The notes beneath the pieces were generated by a model. It saw only the letters and a list, made by a program, of their open reading frames with translations, was not told the origin of the DNA and searched no databases. Shown here in pieces: positions 24,801-40,500 of a stretch of DNA of 64,000 nucleotides; position 1 is the stretch's first letter, and each line of letters begins with the position of its first letter. Origin of the DNA: Auanema rhodensis (lineage: Eukaryota > Animalia > Nematoda); the NCBI GenBank assembly GCA_964057225.1, contig OZ059900.1:15438001-15502000 (forward strand), read 5' to 3'. A program made the translations under genes and the position numbers.

Positions 24801-27800
24801 ACGCTGAAATTCGTTGCATTTGACGACTCATATGAACAAAAATCGATTTAATCAATATTAGCCATAAGGGGCGTGCCCTCAGAATATGCTAATTTCCTTA
24901 ATTTTCTAACCCCTGTTTTTTTGTCGTGAAAGTGGAACTAGACGTTGTACGAACAATTTTGAGCTAAGTTTCATTGACATTGCATGAGTTTGGACACATG
25001 AAATCGTAAGTCAAAACCTTGTTTACAGCGAAATTTCCAAAAACTGGTTTTCCAGCATAATAAAATATTTCTCATGGGAAATACTGTGTTTTTGTATTTT
25101 TCTAGTGTTCAGCATGTGGAATGCTTCATTTTAGTATGTAACACGCTGAAATTCGTTGCATTTGACGACTCATATGAACAAAAATCGATTTAATCAATAT
25201 TAGCCATAAGGGGCGTGCCCTCAGAATATGCTAATTTCCTTAATTTTCTAACCCCTGTTTTTTTGTCGTGAAAGTGGAACTAGACGTTATACGAACAATT
25301 TTGAGCTAAGTTTCATTGACATTGCATGAGTTTGAACACATGAAATCGTAAGTCAAAACCTTGTTTACAGCGAAATTTCCAAAAACTGGTTTTCCAGCAT
25401 AATAAAATATTTCTCATGGGAAATACTGTGTTTTTGTATTTTTCTAGTGTTCAGCATGTGGAATGCTTCATTTTAGTATGTAACACGCTGAAATTCGTTG
25501 CATTTGACGACTCATATGAACAAAAATCGATTTAATCAATATTAGCCATAAGGGGCGTGCCCTCAGAATATGCTAATTTCCTTAATTTTCTAACCCCTGT
25601 TTTTTTGTCGTGAAAGTGGAACTAGACGTTGTACGAACAATTTTGAGCTAAGTTTCATTGACATTGCATGAGTTTGAACACATGAAATCGTAAGTCAAAA
25701 CCTTGTTTACAGCGAAATTTCCAAAAACTGGTTTTCCAGCATAATAAAATATTTCTCATGGGAAATACTGTGTTTTTGTATTTTTCTAGTGTTCAGCATG
25801 TAAAATGCTTCATTTTAGTATGTAACACGCTGAAATTCGTTGCATTTGACGACTCATATGAACAAAAATCGATTTAATCAATATTAGCCATAAGGGGCGT
25901 GCCCTCAGAATATGCTAATTTCCTTAATTTTCTAACCCCTGTTTTTTTGTCGTGAAAGTGGAACTAGACGTTGTACGAACAATTTTGAGCTACGTTTCAT
26001 TGACATTGCATGAGTTTGAACACATGAAATCGTAAGTCAAAACCTTGTTTACAGCGAAATTTCCAAAAACTGGTTTTCCAGCATAATAAAATATTTCTCA
26101 TGGGAAATACTGTGTTTTTGTTTTTTTCTAGTGTTCAGCATGTAAAATGCTCCATTTTAGTATGTAACACGCTGAAATTCGTTGCATTTGACGACTCATA
26201 TGAACAAAAATCGATTTAATCAATATTAGCCATAAGGGGCGTGCCCTCAGAATATGCTAATTTCCTTAATTTTCTAACCCTTGTTTTTTTGTCGTGAAAG
26301 TGGAACTAGACGTTGTACAAACAATTTTGAGCTAGGTTTCATTGACATTGCATGAGTTTGAACACATGAAATCGTAAGTCAAAACCTTGTTTACAGCGAA
26401 ATTTCCAAAAACTGGTTTTCCAGCATAATAAAATATTTCTCATGGGAAATACTGTGTTTTTGTATTTTTCTAGTGTTCAGCATGTAAAATGCTTCATTTT
26501 AGTTTGTAACACGCTGAAATTCGTTTCATTTGACGACTCATATGAACAAAAATCGATTTAATCAATATTAGCCATAAGGGGCGTGCCCTCAGAATATGCT
26601 AATTTCCTTAATTTTCTAACCCTTGTTTTTTTGTCGTGAAATTGGAACTAGACGTTGTACGAACAATTTTGAGCTAGGTTTCATTGACATTGCATGAGTT
26701 TGAACACATGAAATCGTAAGTCAAAACCTTGTTTACAGCGAAATTTCCAAAAACTGGTTTTCCAGCATAATAAAATATTTCTCATGGGAAATACTGTGTT
26801 TTTGTATTTTTCTAGTGTTCAGCATGTGGAATGCTTCATTTTAGTATGTAACACGCTGAAATTCGTTGCATTTGACGACTCATATGAACAAAAATCGATT
26901 TAATCAATATTAGCCATAAGGGGCGTGCCCTCAGAATATGCTAATTTCCTTAATTTTCTAACCCCTGTTTTTTTGTCGTGAAAGTGGAACTAGACGTTGT
27001 ACGAACAATTTTGAGCTAGGTTACATTGACATAGCATGAGTTTGAACACATGAAATCGTAAGTCAAAACCTTGTTTACAGCGAAATTTCCAAAAACTGGT
27101 TTTCCAGCATAATAAAATATTTCTCATGGGAAATACTGTGTTTTTGTATTTTTCTAGTGTTCAGCATGTAAAATGCTTCATTTTAGTATGTAACACGCTG
27201 AAATTCGTTGCATTTGACGACTCATATGAACAAAAATCGATTTAATCAATATTAGCCATAAGGGGCGTGCCCTCAGAATATGCTAATTTCCTTAATTTTC
27301 TAACCCCTGTTTTTTTGTCGTGAAAGTGGAACTAGACGTTGTACGAACAATTTTGAGCTAGGTTTCATTGACATTGCATGAGTTTGAACACATGAAATCG
27401 TAAGTCAAAACCTTGTTTACAGCGAAATTTCCAAAAACTGGTTTTCCAGCATAATAAAATATTTCTCATGGGAAATACTGTGTTTTTGTATTTTTCTAGT
27501 GTTCAGCATGTAAAATGCTTCATTTTAGTATGTAACACGCTGAAATTCATTGCATTTGACGACTCATATGAACAAAAATCGATTTAATCAATATTAGCCA
27601 TAAGGGGCGTGCCCTCAGAATATGCTAATTTCCTTAATTTTCTAACCCCTGTTTTTTTGTCGTGAAAGTGGAACTAGACGTTGTACGAACAATTTTGAGC
27701 TATGTTTCATTGACATTGCATGAGTTTGAACACATGAAATCGTAAGTCAAAACCTTGTTTACAGCGAAATTTCCAAAAACTGGTTTTCCAGCATAATAAA

Positions 27801-28675
27801 ATATTTCTCATGGGAAATACTGTGTTTTTGTATTTTTCTAGTGTTCAGCATGTAAAATGCTTCATTCTAGTATGTAACACGCTGAAATTCGTTGCATTTG
27901 ACGACTCATATGAACAAAAATCGATTTAATCAATATTAGCCATAAGGGGCGTGCCCTCAGAATATGCTAATTTCCTTAATTTTCTAACCCCTGTTTTTTT
28001 GTCGTGAAAGTGGAACTAGACGTTGTACGAACAAATTTGAGCTAGGTTTCATTGACATTGCATGAGTTTGAACACATGAAATCGTAAGTCAAAACCTTGT
28101 TTACAGCGAAATTTCCAAAAACTGGTTTTCCAGCATAATAAAATATTTCTCATGGGAAATACTGTGTTTTTGTATTCTTCTAGTGTTCAGCATGTAAAAT
28201 GCTTCATTTTAGTATGTAACACGCTGAAATTCGTTGCATTTGACGACTCATATGAACAAAAATCGATTTAATCAATATTAGCCATAAGGGGCGTGCCCTC
28301 AGAATATGCTAATTTCCTTAATTTTCTAACCCCTGTTTTTTTGTCGTGAAAGTGGAACTAGACGTTGTACGAACAATTTTGAGCTAGGTTTCATTGACAT
28401 TGCATGAGTTTGAACACATGAAATCGTAAGTCAAAACCTTGTTTACAGCGAAATTTCCAAAAACTGGTTTTCCAGCATAATAAAATATTTCTCATGGGAA
28501 ATACTATGTTTTTGTATTTTTCTAGTGTTCAGCATGTAAAATGCTTCATTTTAGTATGTAACACGCTGAAATTCGTTGCATTTGACGACTCATATGAACA
28601 AAAATCGATTTAATCAATATTAGCCATAAGGGGCGTGCCCTCAGAATATGCTAATTTCCTTAATTTTCTAACCCC

Positions 28676-31600
28676 TGTTTTTTTGTCGTGAAAGTGGAAC
28701 TAGACGTTGTACGAACAATTTTGAGCTAGGTTTCATTGACATTGCATGAGTTTGAACACATGAAATCGTAAGTCAAAACCTTGTTTACAGCGAAATTTCC
28801 AAAAACTGGTTTTCCAGCAAAATAAAATATTTCTCATGGGAAATACTGTGTTTTTGTATTTTTCTAGTGTTCAGCATGTAAAATGCTTCATTTTAGTATG
28901 TAACACGCTGAAATTCATTGCATTTGACGACTCATATGAACAAAAATCGATTTAATCAATATTAGCCATAAGGGGCGTGCCCTCAGAATATGCTAATTTT
29001 CTAACCCCTGTTTTTTTGTCGTGAAAGTGGAACTAGACGTTGTACGAACAATTTTGAGCTAGGTTTCATTGACATTGAATGAGTTTGAACACATGAAATC
29101 GTAAGTCAAAACCTTGTTTACAGCGAAATTTCCAAAAACTGGTTTTCCAGCATAATAAAATATTTCTCATGGGAAATACTGTGTTTTTGTATTTTTCCAG
29201 TGTTCAGCATGTAAAATGTCTCATTTTAGTATGTAACACGCTGAAATTCGTTGCATTTGACGACTCATATGAACAAAAATCGATTTAATCAATATTAGCC
29301 ATAAGGGGCGTGCCCTCAGAATATGCTAAATTCATTAATTTTCTAACCCCTGTTTTTTTGTCGTGAAAGTGGAACTAGACGTTGTACGAACAATTTTGAG
29401 CTAGGTTTCATTGACATTGCATGAGTTTGAACACATGAAATCGTAAGTCAAAACCTTGTTTACAGCGAAATTTCCAAAAACTGGTTTTCCAGCATAATAA
29501 AATATTTCTCATGGGAAATACTGTGTTTTTGTATTCTTCTAGTGTTCAGCATGTAAAATGCTTCATTTTAGTATGTAACACGCTGAAATTCGTTGCATTT
29601 GACGACTCATATGAACAAAAATCGATTTAATCAATATTAGCCATAAGGGGCGTGCCCTCAGAATATGCTAATTTCCTTAATTTTCTAACCCCTGTTTTTT
29701 TGTCGTGAAAGTGGAACTAGACGTTGTACGAACAATTTTGAGCTAGGTTTCATTGACATTGCATGAGTTTGAACACATGAAATCGTAAGTCAAAACCTTG
29801 TTTACAGCGAAATTTCCAAAAACTGGTTTTCCAGCATAATAAAATATTTCTCATGGGAAATACTGTGTTTTTGTATTCTTCTAGTGTTCAGCATGTAAAA
29901 TGCTTCATTTTAGTATGTAACACGCTGAAATTCGTTGCATTTGACGACTCATATGAACAAAAATCGATTTAATCAATATTAGCCATAAGGGGCGTGCCCT
30001 CAGAATATGCTAATTTCCTTAATTTTCTAACCCCTGTTTTTTTGTCGTGAAAGTGGAACTAGACGTTGTACGAACAATTTTGAGCTAGGTTTCATTGACA
30101 TTGCATGAGTTTGAACACATGAAATCGTAAGTCAAAACCTTGTTTACAGCGAAATTTCCAAAAACTGGTTTTCCAGCATAATAAAATATTTCTCATGGGA
30201 AATACTGTGTTTTTGTATTTTTCTAGTGTTCAGCATGTAAAATGCTTCATTTTAGTATGTAACACGCTGAAATTCGTTGCATTTGACGACTCATATGAAC
30301 AAAAATCGATTTAATCAATATTAGCCATAAAGGGCGTGCCCTCAGAATATGCTAATTTCCTTAATTTTCTAACCCCTGTTTTTTTGTCGTGAAAGTGGAA
30401 CTAGACGTTGTACGAACAATTTTGAGCTATGTTTCATTGACATTGCATGAGTTTGAACACATGAAATCGTAAGTCAAAACCTTGTTTACAGCGAAATTTC
30501 CAAAAACTGGTTTTCCAGCATAATAAAATATTTCTCATGGGAAATACTGTGTTTTTGTATTTTTCTAGTGTTCAGCATGTAAAATGCTTCATTCTAGTAT
30601 GTAACACGCTGAAATTCGTTGCATTTGACGACTCATATGAACAAAAATCGATTTAATCAATATTAGCCATAAGGGGCGTGCCCTCAGAATATGCTAATTT
30701 CCTTAATTTTCTAACCCCTGTTTTTTTGTCGTGAAAGTGGAACTAGACGTTGTACGAACAATTTTGAGCTAGGTTTCATTGACATTGCATGAGTTTGAAC
30801 ACATGAAATCGTAAGTCAAAACCTTGTTTACAGCGAAATTTCCAAAAACTGGTTTTCCAGCATAATAAAATATTTCTCATGGGAAATACTGTGTTTTTGT
30901 ATTCTTCTAGTGTTCAGCATGTAAAATGCTTCATTTTAGTATGTAACACGCTGAAATTCGTTGCATTTGACGACTCATATGAACAAAAATCGATTTAATC
31001 AATATTAGCCATAAGGGGCGTGCCCTCAGAATATGCTAATTTCCTTAATTTTCTAACCCCTGTTTTTTTGTCGTGAAAGTGGAACTAGACGTTGTACGAA
31101 CAATTTTGAGCTAGGTTTCATTGACATTGCATGAGTTTGAACACATGAAATCGTAAGTCAAAACCTTGTTTACAGCGAAATTTCCAAAAACTGGTTTTCC
31201 AGCAAAATAAAATATTTCTCATGGGAAATACTGTGTTTTTGTATTTTTCTAGTGTTCAGCATGTAAAATGCTTCATTTTAGTATGTAACACGCTGAAATT
31301 CATTGCATTTGACGACTCATATGAACAAAAATCGATTTAATCAATATTAGCCATAAGGGGCGTGCCCTCAGAATATGCTAATTTTCTAACCCCTGTTTTT
31401 TTGTCGTGAAAGTGGAACTAGACGTTGTAGGAACAATTTTGAGCTAGGTTTCATTGACATTGAAAGAGTTTGAACACATGAAATCGTAAGTCAAAACCTT
31501 GTTTACAGCGAAATTTCCAAAAACTGGTTTTCCAGCATAATAAAATATTTCTCATGGGAAATACTGTGTTTTTGTATTTTTCTAGTGTTCAGCATGTAAA

Positions 31601-34600
31601 ATGTCTCATTTTAGTATGTAACACGCTGAAATTCGTTGCATTTGACGACTCATATGAACAAAAATCGATTTAATCAATATTAGCCATAAGGGGCGTGCCC
31701 TCAGAATATGCTAAATTCATTAATTTTCTAACCCCTGTTTTTTTGTCGTGAAAGTGGAACTAGACGTTGTACGAACAATTTTGAGCTAGGTTTCATTGAC
31801 ATTGCATGAGTTTGAACACATGAAATCGTAAGTCAAAACCTTGTTTACAGCGAAATTTCCAAAAACTGGTTTTCCAGCATAATAAAATATTTCTCATGGG
31901 AAATACTGTGTTTTTGTATTCTTCTAGTGTTCAGCATGTAAAATGCTTCATTTTAGTATGTAACACGCTGAAATTCGTTGCATTTGACGACTCATATGAA
32001 CAAAAATCGATTTAATCAATATTAGCCATAAGGGGCGTGCCCTCAGAATATGCTAATTTCCTTAATTTTCTAACCCCTGTTTTTTTGTCGTGAAAGTGGA
32101 ACTAGACGTTGTACGAACAATTTTGAGCTAGGTTTCATTGACATTGCATGAGTTTGAACACATGAAATCGTAAGTCAAAACCTTGTTTACAGCGAAATTT
32201 CCAAAAACTGGTTTTCCAGCATGATGAAATATTTCTCATGGGAAATACTGTGTTTTTGTATTTTTCTAGTGTTCAGCATGTAAAATGCTTCATTTTAGTA
32301 TGTAACACGCTGAAATTCGTTGCATTTGACGACTCATATGAACAAAAATTGATTTAATCAATATTAGCCATAAGGGGCGTGCCCTCAGAATATGCTAATT
32401 TCCTTAATTTTCTAACCCCTGTTTTTTGTCGTGAAAGTGGAACTAGACGTTGTACGAACAATTTTGAGCTAGGTTTCATTGACATTGCATGAGTTTGAAC
32501 ACATGAAATCGTAAGTCAAAACCTTGTTTACAGCGAAATTTCCAAAAACTGGTTTTCCAGCATAATAAAATATTTCTCATGGGAAATACTGTGTTTTTGT
32601 ATTTTTCTAGTGTTCAGCATGTAAAATGCTTCATTTTAGTATGTAACACGCTGAAATTCGTTGCATTTGACGACTCATATGAACAAAAATCGATTTAATC
32701 AATATTAGCCATAAGGGGCGTGCCCTCAGAATATGCTAATTTCCTTAATTTTCTAACCCCTGTTTTTTTGTCGTGAAAGTGGAACTAGACGTTGTAGGAA
32801 CAATTTTGAGCTAGGTTTCATTGACATTGCATGAGTTTGAACACATGAAATCGTAAGTCAAAACCTTGTTTACAGCGAAATTTCCAAAAACTGGTTTTCC
32901 AGCATAATAAAATATTTCTCATGGGAAATACTGTGTTTTTGTATTTTTCTAGCGTTCAGCATGTAAAATGCTTCATTTTAGTATGTAACACGCTGAAATT
33001 CGTTGCATTTGACGACTCATATGAACAAAAATCGATTTAATCAATATTAGCCATAAAGGGCGTGCCCTCAGAATATGCTAATTTCCTAAATTTTCTAACC
33101 CCTGTTTTTTTGTCGTGAAAGTGGAACTAGACGTTGTACGAACAATTTTGAGCTAGGTTTCATTGACATTGCATGAGTTTGAACACATGAAATCGTAAGT
33201 CAAAACCTTGTTTACAGCGAAATTTCCAAAAACTGGTTTTCCAGCATAATAAAATATTTCTCATGGGAGATACTGTGTTTTTGTATTTTTCTAGTGTTCA
33301 GCATGTAAAATGCTTCATTTTAGTATGTAACACGCTGAAATTCGTTGCATTTGACGACTCATATGAACAAAAATCGATTTAATCAATATTAGCCATAAGG
33401 GGCGTGCCCTCAGAATATGCTAATTTCCTTAATTTTCTAACCCGTGTTTTTTAGTCGTGAAAGTGGAACTAGACGTTGTACGAACAATTTAGAGCTAGGT
33501 TTCATTGACATTGCATGAGTTTGAACACATGAAATCGTAAGTTAAAACCTTGTTTACAGCGAAATTTCCAAAAACTGGTTTTCCAGCATAATAAAATATT
33601 TCTCATGGGAAATACTGTGTTTTTGTATTTTTCTAGTGTTCAGCATGTAAAATGCTTCATTTTAGTATGTAACACGCTGAAATTCATTGCATTTGACGAC
33701 TCATATGAACAAAAATCGATTTAATCAATATTAGCCATAAGGGGCGTGCCCTCAGAATATGCTAATTTTCTAACCCCTGTTTTTTTGTCGTGAAAGTGGA
33801 ACTAGACGTTGTACGAACAATTTTGAGCTAGGTTTCATTGACATTGAATGAGTTTGAACACATGAAATCGTAAGTCAAAACCTTGTTTACAGCGAAATTT
33901 CCAAAAACTGGTTTTCCAGCATAATAAAATATTTCTCATGGGAAATACTGTGTTTTTGTATTTTTCTAGTGTTCAGCATGTAAAATGTCTCATTTTAGTA
34001 TGTAACACGCTGAAATTCGTTGCATTTGACGACTCATATGAACAAAAATCGATTTAATCAATATTAGCCATAAGGGGCGTGCCCTCAGAATATGCTAAAT
34101 TCATTAATTTTCTAACCCCTGTTTTTTTGTCGTGAAAGTGGAACTAGACGTTGTACGAACAATTTTGAGCTAGGTTTCATTGACATTGCATGAGTTTGAA
34201 CACATGAAATCGTAAGTCAAAACCTTGTTTACAGCGAAATTTCCAAAAACTGGTTTTCCAGCATAATAAAATATTTCTCATGGGAAATACTGTGTTTTTG
34301 TATTCTTCTAGTGTTCAGCATGTAAAATGCTTCATTTTAGTATGTAACACGCTGAAATTCGTTGCATTTGACGACTCATATGAACAAAAATCGATTTAAT
34401 CAATATTAGCCATAAGGGGCGTGCCCTCAGAATATGCTAATTTCCTTAATTTTCTAACCCCTGTTTTTTTGTCGTGAAAGTGGAACTAGACGTTGTACGA
34501 ACAATTTTGAGCTAGGTTTCATTGACATTGCATGAGTTTGAACACATGAAATCGTAAGTCAAAACCTTGTTTACAGCGAAATTTCCAAAAACTGGTTTTC

Positions 34601-37530
34601 CAGCATAATAAAATATTTCTCATGGGAAATACTGTGTTTTTGTATTCTTCTAGTGTTCAGCATGTAAAATGCTTCATTTTAGTATGTAACACGCTGAAAT
34701 TCGTTGCATTTGACGACTCATATGAACAAAAATCGATTTAATCAATATTAGCCATAAGGGGCGTGCCCTCAGAATATGCTAATTTCCTTAATTTTCTAAC
34801 CCCTGTTTTTTTGTCGTGAAAGTGGAACTAGACGTTGTACGAACAATTTTGAGCTAGGTTTCATTGACATTGCATGAGTTTGAACACATGAAATCGTAAG
34901 TCAAAACCTTGTTTACAGCGAAATTTCCAAAAACTGGTTTTCCAGCATAATAAAATATTTCTCATGGGAAATACTGTGTTTTTGTATTTTTCTAGTGTTC
35001 AGCATGTAAAATGCTTCATTTTAGTATGTAACACGCTGAAATTCGTTGCATTTGACGACTCATATGAACAAAAATCGATTTAATCAATATTAGCCATAAG
35101 GGGCGTGCCCTCAGAATATGCTAATTTCCTTAATTTTCTAACCCCTGTTTTTTTGTCGTGAAAGTGGAACTAGACGTTGTACGAACAATTTTGAGCTAGG
35201 TTTCATTGACATTGCATGAGTTTGAACACATGAAATCGTAAGTCAAAACCTTGTTTACAGCGAAATTTCCAAAAACTGGTTTTCCAGCATAATAAAATAT
35301 TTCTCATGGGAAATACTGTGTTTTTGTATTTTTCTAGTGTTCAGCATGTAAAATGCTTCATTTTAGTATGTAACACGCTGAAATTCGTTGCATTTGACGA
35401 CTCATATGAACAAAAATCGATTTAATCAATATTAGCCATAAGGGGCGTGCCCTCAGAATATGCTAATTTCCTTAATTTTCTAACCCCTGTTTTTTTGTCG
35501 TGAAAGTGGAACTAGACGTTGTACGAACAATTTTGAGCTAGGTTTCATTGACATTGCATGAGTTTGAACACATGAAATCGTAAGTCAAAACCTTGTTTAC
35601 AGCGAAATTTCCAAAAACTGGTTTTCCAGCATAATAAAATATTTCTCATGGGAAATACTGTGTTTTTGTATTCTTCTAGTGTTCAGCATGTAAAATGCTT
35701 CATTTTAGTATGTAACACGCTGAAATTCGTTGCATTTGACGACTCATATGAACAAAAATCGATTTAATCAATATTAGCCATAAGGGGCGTGCCCTCAGAA
35801 TATGCTAATTTCCTTAATTTTCTAACCCCTGTTTTTTTGTCGTGAAAGTGGAACTAGACGTTGTACGAACAATTTTGAGCTAGGTTTCATTGACATTGCA
35901 TGAGTTTGAACACATGAAATCGTAAGTCAAAACCTTGTTTACAGCGAAATTTCCAAAAACTGGTTTTCCAGCATAATAAAATATTTCTCATGGGAAATAC
36001 TGTGTTTTTGTATTTTTCTAGTGTTCAGCATGTAAAATGCTTCATTTTAGTATGTAACACGCTGAAATTCGTTGCATTTGACGACTCATATGAACAAAAA
36101 TCGATTTAATCAATATTAGCCATAAGGGGCGTGCCCTCAGAATATGCTAATTTCCTTAATTTTCTAACCCCTGTTTTTTTGTCGTGAAAGTGGAACTAGA
36201 CGTTGTACGAACAATTTTGAGCTATGTTTCATTGACATTGCATGAGTTTGAACACATGAAATCGTAAGTCAAAACCTTGTTTACAGCGAAATTTCCAAAA
36301 ACTGGTTTTCCAGCATAATAAAATATTTCTCATGGGAAATACTGTGTTTTTGTATTTTTCTAGTGTTCAGCATGTAAAATGCTTCATTCTAGTATGTAAC
36401 ACGCTGAAATTCGTTGCATTTGACGACTCATATGAACAAAAATCGATTTAATCAATATTAGCCATAAGGGGCGTGCCCTCAGAATATGCTAATTTCCTTA
36501 ATTTTCTAACCCCTGTTTTTTTGTCGTGAAAGTGGAACTAGACGTTGTACGAACAATTTTGAGCTAGGTTTCATTGACATTGCATGAGTTTGAACACATG
36601 AAATCGTAAGTCAAAACCTTGTTTACAGCGAAATTTCCAAAAACTGGTTTTCCAGCATAATAAAATATTTCTCATGGGAAATACTGTGTTTTTGTATTCT
36701 TCTAGTGTTCAGCATGTAAAATGCTTCATTTTAGTATGTAACACGCTGAAATTCGTTGCATTTGACGACTCATATGAACAAAAATCGATTTAATCAATAT
36801 TAGCCATAAGGGGCGTGCCCTCAGAATATGCTAATTTCCTTAATTTTCTAACCCCTGTTTTTTTGTCGTGAAAGTGGAACTAGACGTTGTACGAACAATT
36901 TTGAGCTAGGTTTCATTGACATTGCATAAGTTTGAACACATGAAATCGTAAGTCAAAACCTTGTTTACAGCGAAATTTCCAAAAACTGGTTTTCCAGCAA
37001 AATAAAATATTTCTCATGGGAAATACTGTGTTTTTGTATTTTTCTAGTGTTCAGCATGTAAAATGCTTCATTTTAGTATGTAACACGCTGAAATTCATTG
37101 CATTTGACGACTCATATGAACAAAAATCGATTTAATCAATATTAGCCATAAGGGGCGTGCCCTCAGAATATGCTAATTTTCTAACCCCTGTTTTTTTGTC
37201 GTGAAAGTGGAACTAGACGTTGTACGAACAATTTTGAGCTAGGTTTCATTGACATTGAATGAGTTTGAACACATGAAATCGTAAGTCAAAACCTTGTTTA
37301 CAGCGAAATTTCCAAAAACTGGTTTTCCAGCATAATAAAATATTTCTCATGGGAAATACTGTGTTTTTGTATTTTTCTAGTGTTCAGCATGTAAAATGTC
37401 TCATTTTAGTATGTAACACGCTGAAATTCGTTGCATTTGACGACTCATATGAACAAAAATCGATTTAATCAATATTAGCCATAAGGGGCGTGCCCTCAGA
37501 ATATGCTAAATTCATTAATTTTCTAACCCC
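28676..37530 (+). repeat. Domain with a recurrent 333-bp monomer (9-bp deletion) at 7/7/10-monomer spacing
   Basis: gctaattttctaacccc junctions precede monomer starts 29009, 31394, 33778 and 37189 (gaps 2385, 2384, 3411). Linked markers are attcattg, gacattgaa, aaatgtctc and gctaaattcatt. Confidence 0.92.
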
Positions 37531-40500
37531 TGTTTTTTTGTCGTGAAAGTGGAACTAGACGTTGTACGAACAATTTTGAGCTAGGTTTCATTGACATTGC
37601 ATGAGTTTGAACACATGAAATCGTAAGTCAAAACCTTGTTTACAGCGAAATTTCCAAAAACTGGTTTTCCAGCATAATAAAATATTTCTCATGGGAAATA
37701 CTGTGTTTTTGTATTCTTCTAGTGTTCAGCATGTAAAATGCTTCATTTTAGTATGTAACACGCTGAAATTCGTTGCATTTGACGACTCATATGAACAAAA
37801 ATCGATTTAATCAATATTAGCCATAAGGGGCGTGCCCTCAGAATATGCTAATTTCCTTAATTTTCTAACCCCTGTTTTTTTGTCGTGAAAGTGGAACTAG
37901 ACGTTGTACGAACAATTTTGAGCTAGGTTTCATTGACATTGCATGAGTTTGAACACATGAAATCGTAAGTCAAAACCTTGTTTACAGCGAAATTTCCAAA
38001 CACTGGTTTTCCAGCATAATAAAATATTTCTCATGGGAAATACTGTGTTTTTGTATTTTTCTAGTGTTCAGCATGTAAAATGCTTCATTTTAGTATGTAA
38101 CACGCTGAAATTCGTTGCATTTGACGACTCATATGAACAAAAATCGATTTAATCAATATTAGCCATAAGGGGCGTGCCCTCAGAATATGCTAATTTCCTT
38201 AATTTTCTAACCCCTGTTTTTTTGTCGTGAAAGTGGAACTAGACGTTGTACGAACAATTTTGAGCTAGGTTTCATTGACATTGCATGAGTTTGAACACAT
38301 GAAATCGTAAGTCAAAACCTTGTTTACAGCGAAATTTCCAAAAACTGGTTTTCCAGCATGATGAAATATTTCTCATGGGAAATACTGTGTTTTTGTATTT
38401 TTCTAGTGTTCAGCATGTAAAATGCTTCATTTTAGTATGTAACACGCTGAAATTCGTTGCATTTGACGACTCATATGAACAAAAATCGATTTAATCAATA
38501 TTAGCCATAAGGGGCGTGCCCTCAGAATATGCTAATTTCCTTAATTTTCTAACCCCTGTTTTTTGTCGTGAAAGTGGAACTAGACGTTGTACGAACAATT
38601 TTGAGCTAGGTTTCATTGACATTGCATGAGTTTGAACACATGAAATCGTAAGTCAAAACCTTGTTTACAGCGAAATTTCCAAAAACTGGTTTTCCAGCAT
38701 AATAAAATATTTCTCATGGGAAATACTGTGTTTTTGTATTTTTCTAGTGTTCAGCATGTAAAATGCTTCATTTTAGTATGTAACACGCTGAAATTCGTTG
38801 CATTTGACGACTCATATGAACAAAAATCGATTTAATCAATATTAGCCATAAGGGGCGTGCCCTCAGAATATGCTAATTTCCTTAATTTTCTAACCCCTGT
38901 TTTTTTGTCGTGAAAGTGGAACTAGACGTTGTAGGAACAATTTTGAGCTAGGTTTCATTGACATTGCATGAGTTTGAACACATGAAATCGTAAGTCAAAA
39001 CCTTGTTTACAGCGAAATTTCCAAAAACTGGTTTTCCAGCATAATAAAATATTTCTCATGGGAAATACTGTGTTTTTGTATTTTTCTAGCGTTCAGCATG
39101 TAAAATGCTTCATTTTAGTATGTAACACGCTGAAATTCGTTGCATTTGACGACTCATATGAACAAAAATCGATTTAATCAATATTAGCCATAAAGGGCGT
39201 GCCCTCAGAATATGCTAATTTCCTAAATTTTCTAACCCCTGTTTTTTTGTCGTGAAAGTGGAACTAGACGTTGTACGAACAATTTTGAGCTAGGTTTCAT
39301 TGACATTGCATGAGTTTGAACACATGAAATCGTAAGTCAAAACCTTGTTTACAGCGAAATTTCCAAAAACTGGTTTTCCAGCATAATAAAATATTTCTCA
39401 TAGGAGATACTGTGTTTTTGTATTTTTCTAGTGTTCAGCATGTAAAATGCTTCATTTTAGTATGTAACACGCTGAAATTCGTTGCATTTGACGACTCATA
39501 TGAACAAAAATCGATTTAATCAATATTAGCCATAAGGGGCGTGCCCTCAGAATATGCTAATTTCCTTAATTTTCTAACCCGTGTTTTTTAGTCGTGAAAG
39601 TGGAACTAGACGTTGTACGAACAATTTAGAGCTAGGTTTCATTGACATTGCATGAGTTTGAACACATGAAATCGTAAGTCAAAACCTTGTTTACAGCGAA
39701 ATTTCCAAAAACTGGTTTTCCAGCATAATAAAATATTTCTCATGGGAAATACTGTGTTTTTGTATTTTTCTAGTGTTCAGCATGTAAAATGCTTCATTTT
39801 AGTATGTAACACGCTGAAATTCGTTGCATTTGACGACTCATATGAACAAAAATCGATTTAATCAATATTAGCCATAAGGGGCGTGCCCTCAGAATATGCG
39901 AATTTCCTTAATTTTCTAACCCCTGTTTTTTTGTCGTGAAAGTGGAACTAGACGTTGTACGAACAATTTTGAGCTAGGTTTCATTGACATTGCATGAGTT
40001 TGAACACATGAAATCGTAAGTCAAAACCTTGTTTACAGCGAAATTTCCAAAAACTGGTTTTCCAGCATAATAAAATATTTCTCATGGGTATTACTGTGTT
40101 TTTGTATTTTTCTAGTGTTCAGCATGTAAAATGCTTCATTTTAGTATGTAACACGCTGAAATTCGTTGCATTTGACGACTCATATGAACAAAAATCGATT
40201 TAATCAATATTAGCCATAAGGGGCGTGCCCTCAGAATATGCTAATTTCCTTAATTTTCTAACCCGTGTTTTTTAGTCGTGAAAGTGGAACTAGACGTTGT
40301 ACGAACAATTTTGAGCTAGGTTTCATTGACATTGCATGAGTTTGAACACATGAAATCGTAAGTCAAAACCTTGTTTACAGCGAAATTTCCAAAAACTGGT
40401 TTTCCAGCATAATAAAATATTTCTCATGGGAGATACTGTGTTTTTGTATTTTTCTAGTGTTCAGCATGTAAAATGCTTCATTTTAGTATGTAACACGCTG

